Positions 27,168 to 32,000 of a stretch of DNA of 32,000 nucleotides are shown here, piece after piece. Positions within the stretch are counted from its first letter, which is position 1. Every line of letters starts with the position of its first letter. Position numbers and translations under genes: made by a program. The notes below the pieces were generated by a model. That model was not told the origin of the DNA and did no database searches. It worked only from the letters and a program-made list of their open reading frames with translations. The DNA comes from Trichodesmium erythraeum IMS101. GTDB taxonomy: Bacteria; Cyanobacteriota; Cyanobacteriia; Cyanobacteriales; Microcoleaceae. The stretch spans positions 1,200,001 to 1,232,000 of the forward strand of contig NC_008312.1 in NCBI RefSeq assembly GCF_000014265.1. The letters are read 5' to 3'.

Positions 27168-28079
27168 CTACCTATTTGCCAACCAATTAGATAAATCATC
27201 AAGATTATTAAACCTTAAAACTGCCTTAGTTAAACTCTCCAAATATGCCAAAGATAGACCATCAAGCTGAGTAGCAATTTCATCTTCTGGAACTTTGTCA
27301 AAACGCTCCTTGAGTAAAAGTATTATCATAGCAATTGTCCCTTTAATTCGACCCTTTTTCTCTCCTTTTTCCTCAGCAAAAAGTATACGCCCACTCTCAT
27401 CTTGTGCCATAATTGCCCGTTGTTCTAGCAACTCTAATTCCTTAACACTTAGATTAATTTCATTAGCAATATTGAGAGCTTTTTCTATCACCGAAACCTC
27501 CCCCAAAATTTCTGGAATAACCTCCAAACTGTCCGCCTCTTTAATAAAATAAATCCACTTATCCACTAAACTTTCCAACTCATCCAATGACTTATTAAAC
27601 TTCGGCAACTCCACAAAAACTAACCGCATTTCTGCCGCTGTATATTTAAAGAACTTTTTCTCATTTAAAAACGCAAAAGAATTAACAACATCCTCTATTT
27701 CTGGAAACATTTCAAAATCCGTAATTGTCACCCCAATAACTGGTTTTAAATGCCTGTAACCTTGGCGCGGACCTAATTGAGTAGAATAGGTTTTTGCCAA
27801 ATTATAAACCACCCGCTTATCAAAAGCAGTAACACTAGCTACCTGCATTTCAATAATCACCTGAGAATCATCATCCAATACTGCTCTAACATCCAAATAA
27901 CTATCCTTTAAAGTTTGTACCTGAGCGGGATTATAAGGATTAATTATTATTAGAGATTTAATCTGGTTTTTTCCATCATAAATAACCGCATTGAGAAAGC
28001 TAATTAATATGTCTTGACTTTGGTCAGAACCAAATATTTTCTTAAAAGCATAATCAGTTTTCGGACTAATAAATGCCAT
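27168..28079 (-). CDS. Rpn/YhgA-like PD-(D/E)XK nuclease family protein (putative domesticated transposase) with DUF4351-like C-terminal helical domain
   Basis: 303 aa. The N-terminus MAFISPKTDYAFKKIFGSDQSQDILISFLNAVI and the YLDVRAVLDDDSQVIIEMQV (D...E-x-Q) core are typical of the PDDEXK_2/Rpn family. The C-terminal part, KGTIAMIILLLKERFDKVPEDEIATQLDGLSLAYLESLTKAVLRFNNLDDLSNWL, resembles DUF4351. I could find no terminal inverted repeats. Confidence 0.8.
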   Translation of the reverse strand: MAFISPKTDYAFKKIFGSDQSQDILISFLNAVIYDGKNQIKSLIIINPYNPAQVQTLKDSYLDVRAVLDDDSQVIIEMQVASVTAFDKRVVYNLAKTYSTQLGPRQGYRHLKPVIGVTITDFEMFPEIEDVVNSFAFLNEKKFFKYTAAEMRLVFVELPKFNKSLDELESLVDKWIYFIKEADSLEVIPEILGEVSVIEKALNIANEINLSVKELELLEQRAIMAQDESGRILFAEEKGEKKGRIKGTIAMIILLLKERFDKVPEDEIATQLDGLSLAYLESLTKAVLRFNNLDDLSNWLANR

Positions 28080-28241
28080 AGTAATTTCATCCCCTAGTTA
28101 ATTATTAAACCTCTTGTTTTATTATATAATAAACTCAAAAGACACGTATTTAACCGGAGATGATATTACAGTACTACATAAACAAGACGCGCACAATTAT
28201 AAATCCTCAAACCTATTCAAGAATTACTTTTGAATTCGCGC

Positions 28242-28258
28242 CTTCTGACTTCTGAGTT
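28242..28258 (+). repeat. GACTTCT-family heptamer repeat
   Basis: CTTCTGA CTTCTGA GTT lies in the Rpn-like/moeA intergenic region. Confidence 0.7.
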
Positions 28259-28280
28259 CCACCTAGGAGTATAATAACCA

Positions 28281-29516
28281 TTAATTAATTTTCAATACTC
28301 GCACAGACTCACCCGCCGGAATAAAATTTTCATTCAACGGTACAACAGCTAAACCTGTCGCTCCTGCTAAATTAATTAAATTTCCCGAATAATGACTACC
28401 AACTGCAAGCTTAAATTCATAACCATCATTTCCTAAATTTAACTGACCCCAGAGATAAGTCTCCCGTTTATTCTTAGAATTTAAATCTTGAAGCAGCCGC
28501 GCCCTCACAAACTCCGGTCCCCATTCTGCCTCATTCGCTCCAGCTAACTTTTTCAGCGCAGGTTGCACAAACCGCCAAAAACTCACTAAAGCCGAAACAG
28601 GATTTCCTGGTAAACCAAAATATAAACATTTAGTATTAGGAAAACTTGCTACTGTTAATGGTTTTCCTGGTTTAACCGCTACAGAATGAACATGAATTTC
28701 CGCTCCTAACTCTGTAATAATTTCCTCAATATAATCATAGTCTCCCACTGATACTCCACCAGTAGAAAGTAAAAAATCTGTATTTAAAATAGCTTCAGCA
28801 ATAGTCTTTTGCAAAATTTCTGGTTCATCTGGCAGAATACCAAATTTTATTACTTCCACCCCCATTTTCTCTAGAGCTATAGTTAAAGCATATTCATTTG
28901 AGTCTACTATCTGACCATATTTTAGAGGTTGATCTGGTTTAACCAATTCATTACCAGTAGAAAAAATTCCTACTTTTACTCGCCGATATACGTTAATTTG
29001 AGTACATTGGAGTGCTGCTAAAACAGCAATTTCAGCAGCACCTAAGTAAATTCTCGGGTTGAGTACAGGAGTACCTGCCTTGTAGAATGATCCACGATAT
29101 CGCACAAATGCTTGGGGTTCTGGAGCTTCTAGGATAAGTACCCTATTACCTTCTCGCTGGGTCACCTCCTGTATAACAATAGTATCTGCTCCTATGGGCA
29201 TACAAGCACCTGTAAAAATACGAGCTGTTTGCCCTGGTTGAATTTGCTTTTGAGGCTTAGACCCTGCAAGAATTTCTTCTACAATTTCCAAAGATATGGA
29301 ATTTTCTGGGCTACAGTCTTTAACATCTGCAAATTTGAGGGCATAGCCATCCATTGCTGAATTATCCCAGTGAGGAAAATCAAGTTTACTGACAACTGGG
29401 TTAGCTAATATCCGTCCTGATGAATTTAATAGGTCTATTGTCTCTACATCCTTGTCAGCATCTAGGGGTTGTACAAGGCTTAAAATGATTGACTCTGCTT
29501 GGTTTACTTCTAGCAT
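28281..29516 (-). CDS. moeA: Molybdopterin molybdenumtransferase MoeA
   Basis: 411 aa. Motifs seen: NSAMDGYA, IFTGACMP.GADTIV, TGGVSVGDYD, VAVKPGKP, GLPGNPVSA. Confidence 0.9.
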   Translation of the reverse strand: MLEVNQAESIILSLVQPLDADKDVETIDLLNSSGRILANPVVSKLDFPHWDNSAMDGYALKFADVKDCSPENSISLEIVEEILAGSKPQKQIQPGQTARIFTGACMPIGADTIVIQEVTQREGNRVLILEAPEPQAFVRYRGSFYKAGTPVLNPRIYLGAAEIAVLAALQCTQINVYRRVKVGIFSTGNELVKPDQPLKYGQIVDSNEYALTIALEKMGVEVIKFGILPDEPEILQKTIAEAILNTDFLLSTGGVSVGDYDYIEEIITELGAEIHVHSVAVKPGKPLTVASFPNTKCLYFGLPGNPVSALVSFWRFVQPALKKLAGANEAEWGPEFVRARLLQDLNSKNKRETYLWGQLNLGNDGYEFKLAVGSHYSGNLINLAGATGLAVVPLNENFIPAGESVRVLKIN

Positions 29517-29903
29517 TTCTAGTTTGCTTACTAGGATTTTGGTTGTTGATAATTATAAGTCTGATTTGACTATTTTGACTATAAAATAAGATGGGAAATT
29601 TATTTTTTTAAAGAGATGAAAAAAATTAACTATTTAGCAGACTCCAGTGGGAGGAAATTGCTGTTTTACTTAGCAATATGTTTGGGCGGCATTCTGATAT
29701 CAAATCCCCTTATAGCAGTTTTCATATCGGTATACTACAGTAGGGAGGTTGCTTTTAGAGAGGTTGTATGCAAGGTATCTACAAAATTTTGGTTATGGCG
29801 ATGTAGTTGATCAACCTGAAAAACTCTGTAATTCAATATCAAAAAAAGTTTCATCTTCAGGTAAGCCGGAAATTTTTCCTAAGTCAATTTTCTCTTAAGT
29901 TTT

Positions 29904-29924
29904 GACTTCTGAGTTCTAAGTTCT
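29904..29924 (+). repeat. GACTTCT-family heptamer repeat (3 units)
   Basis: GACTTCT GAGTTCT AAGTTCT in 7-nt register. Confidence 0.75.
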
Positions 29925-30055
29925 AATCAATTATTTAATTGTACCAATACTCCCGGATTTAATATTAAGGACAATTACCTGATATTCTGTCTCTTTGACT
30001 ATCCATAATAAAAGTCTTAGGGAATTAGGATCAATGTTCTGGTTTCAGAGGTACT

Positions 30056-30090
30056 GTTAACTGATAACTCTTCACCGTTAATTGAAATGA
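30056..30090 (+). repeat. Heptamer block (GATAAYT family) overlapping the 3' end of cobI
   Basis: GTTAACT GATAACT CTTCACC GTTAATT GAAATGA in register. The last two units are the complement of the final cobI codons (..SHFN*). Confidence 0.6.
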
Positions 30091-30776
30091 CTAGGAATTA
30101 AAATTAAAGACCAGTAGGGAACTTCAGTTGGTTCAACCTCAGTAATACTAATAATTTTTTGCTCGGTTTGGGTTGCCCTTTCAATATAAAGTGCCCGCTG
30201 CAACAGCCCTAACTCATCCAGAATATTGCGAACTTTAGCAAAATGCCTGCCTAATTTGATAATTACTACCGCATCGGCAACAGCTAGGCGATCGCGTAAT
30301 TTAACCTCATCTAAAGTAGCAGGTATAATGGTCAAGACATCATTGCGGTAAGTCATTGGCACACTGAGCATAGCAGCGCTTGCCGTTATGGAGGAAATTC
30401 CGGGCACAACTTCAGTGGAAAACTTTCCTGAAAGTCGCTGAAAAATATACATAAATGAGCCATACAGCATCGGTTCTCCCTCACATAAAACTGCTACATC
30501 TTGTTTCAATTCCAGGTATTGACTAATCTGTTGGGCAGCTTGGTCATAATAGGGTTGGGATGACTCGTGAATATTAAAGGGCAAGTACATCGGAATTTCT
30601 GTCTGGTCAGAACGAATAACATTAGCTACGATCGCTCGTGCCAAAGATTTGCTGTTTTCTGAAGTAGGGTAAGCAATTACTGGAACAGTAGTTAAAATTC
30701 GGTGTGCTTTGAGAGTCAGTAACTCTGGGTCTCCAGGCCCAATACCTAATCCATATAGTTTTCCTAGTTTTGTCAT
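30078..30776 (-). CDS. cobI: Precorrin-2 C(20)-methyltransferase (CobI/CbiL)
   Basis: 232 aa. The tetrapyrrole methylase N-terminus is LYGLGIGPGDPELLTLKA. VPGISS and the overall length are typical of CobI/CbiL. Confidence 0.85.
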   Translation of the reverse strand: MTKLGKLYGLGIGPGDPELLTLKAHRILTTVPVIAYPTSENSKSLARAIVANVIRSDQTEIPMYLPFNIHESSQPYYDQAAQQISQYLELKQDVAVLCEGEPMLYGSFMYIFQRLSGKFSTEVVPGISSITASAAMLSVPMTYRNDVLTIIPATLDEVKLRDRLAVADAVVIIKLGRHFAKVRNILDELGLLQRALYIERATQTEQKIISITEVEPTEVPYWSLILIPSHFN

Positions 30777-31812
30777 TTCTTAATTATACCAGTTTGAAAA
30801 AAGTTTTTTCATAGTTTTATTCTAGTCCCAATTTATTTATTTTTGGGGATAGTCTCAAAGCAAACTAGAGTTAGGATGTACTTAAATATATAAAATTATA
30901 CACTAAAAGAAGTTTGGAAAATGTACAGAAAAAAAAATTAATTCTACTGTAGCTAAAAAAAAGAGTGCTTTACCTATACGATAGAAAATTTTACCTATAT
31001 ATTAGAACGATTAATATAACAGAACGAAAACTAGTCATTATTCGGGTTTTAAAATCATTAAAAACACATAAAATAATTATAACTGTATATAGAAAATTCC
31101 ATAGTATTTTCCTATCCCATTAGCTGAAAAAATATCAAAAAAAAGATATATATTTTATTTTAAAATCAAAAAAATTAGCTATGATTAAACGAGGTATAAA
31201 ATATGAAATACTAGCATAATTAAAATCAAGATCGGTGAAGCTAAATTATTATTAAATCAAAAGATTACCAATATGCAAGAGAGAAATAATTTACTAAATT
31301 ATAAAAACTAGAAAAATTGTCAAAAATATGTTTCCAAAAAAAGTATATTTTGAGCAATTTATCATCCCCAGAAAAAGCTCAAAAATCTATATCTAGAGAA
31401 CGGTAATAGAAGCAATATTTAAAAATTATAAAAGCAGTGTTTATAATCTAGAAGTATATCAAGCTAATTAAACGAGACTGAATAATTTAATTTTATTAAT
31501 AGCTCTTTCATTCACAATTAGTTATTTTTAAGAACAAAAAATTAAAAATAAAATGGTTAAATAATATATATCAATAACTAAAAAAAAGTAGAAGCTAAAG
31601 AAAGCAAAGTAGCTTTTTTATTTGATTATCTTGTATTTATTCCCAAATAAATAATAACTTTACCTAGAAATTATCAGGAAATTTAATACTGCTTAATCCT
31701 CATAAATAAAGGAAAAAAATTAATTCTGGAACCATGACAATAAAAGTGGTAATTTAGAAGTTATTTTTAGTTAACTAATCTCCCAAATATTCAGGTTTTA
31801 TGGATATTATGG

Positions 31813-32000
31813 TTGAAATTCCATGAAGCCTTTTCCTATTCTATAAGTCAAGCTTTTTGTCCTGTACTTAGACTTTTATGTCCCTGGTGGACACTGCTCT
31901 TAAGTTGGGTATCAGCTTTTTTGAGTATATCTAAAGATCGCATCTGTGAAGCGGGAATCATTCTTCCTCTGGCAACTATTATCAGTGTTCAAGCTTCTGT
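31813..32000 (+). CDS. Possible 5' end of a hydrophobic (membrane?) protein gene running off the right edge
   Basis: This frame is open for 76 codons (31771-32000), in a region where the other frames close every few codons, and GC content rises from about 31860. The translation is ..KFHEAFSYSISQAFCPVLRLLCPWWTLLLSWVSAFLSISKDRICEAGIILPLATIISVQAS. There is no in-frame ATG or GTG, and TTG at 31813 is the only candidate start, so this is tentative. Confidence 0.3.
   Translation, partial: MKFHEAFSYSISQAFCPVLRLLCPWWTLLLSWVSAFLSISKDRICEAGIILPLATIISVQAS

Noticed and set aside
27168-28079. Calling the Rpn-like gene an active insertion sequence or mobile element.
   Set aside because: No terminal inverted repeats or target-site duplications are visible in the flanks, and Rpn-family genes are usually stand-alone. 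It is annotated as a CDS only.
29616-29810. Track ORF 29616..29810 (+), 64 aa with one hydrophobic segment, between moeA and cobI.
   Set aside because: It has no convincing ribosome-binding site and no recognisable family, and it lies in a short spacer between two minus-strand genes. It could be a small membrane peptide, but the evidence is insufficient.

Overview
This is an AT-rich cyanobacterial chromosome segment. By eye I count about 18 perfect HIP1 octamers (GCGATCGC) and several short tandem heptamer blocks in intergenic DNA. Together with the gene content this fits a low-GC filamentous (Nostocales-type) lineage, but the species cannot be assigned from sequence alone.

Intact genes, in order:
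- a truncated bciB/HCAR-like gene at the left edge
- rsmB
- a complete urease set in an unusual co-linear order: ureA, spacer, ureB-ureG-ureD-ureE-ureF, spacer, ureC
- tRNA-Ser(GGA)
- a [2Fe-2S] ferredoxin overlapping an SNase-like lipoprotein gene
- an inositol monophosphatase-family gene
- a J-domain/TPR protein
- hisS
- a DUF4359-like gene
- an M48 metalloprotease
- an Rpn/PD-(D/E)XK nuclease-like gene
- moeA
- cobI

Coding density is low and several gene relics are visible: a tnpB relic, a HEAT-repeat relic, a PD-(D/E)XK relic, a 2-hydroxyacid dehydrogenase pseudogene, and gene-free AT-rich stretches of 1 to 2.8 kb.

The most interesting locus is 22.76-26.96 kb. A 168-codon all-helical ORF is followed by an NB-ARC STAND (NLR-like) gene of at least 1196 codons, and three things stand out:
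1. The conserved N-terminal reading frame of the NB-ARC gene has no ATG or GTG. It is separated from the upstream ORF and from an ATGATG start only by single-nucleotide frame offsets at a T6 and an A5 tract.
2. Its sensor region is an exactly phased array of 120-nt TPR-like cassettes. Eight are near-identical and built from reassorted half-units.
3. Its C-terminus looks like a cold-shock-type OB fold with an acidic tail.

No recognisable enzymatic effector is present. All domain calls rest on motif recognition by eye; no database search was possible.
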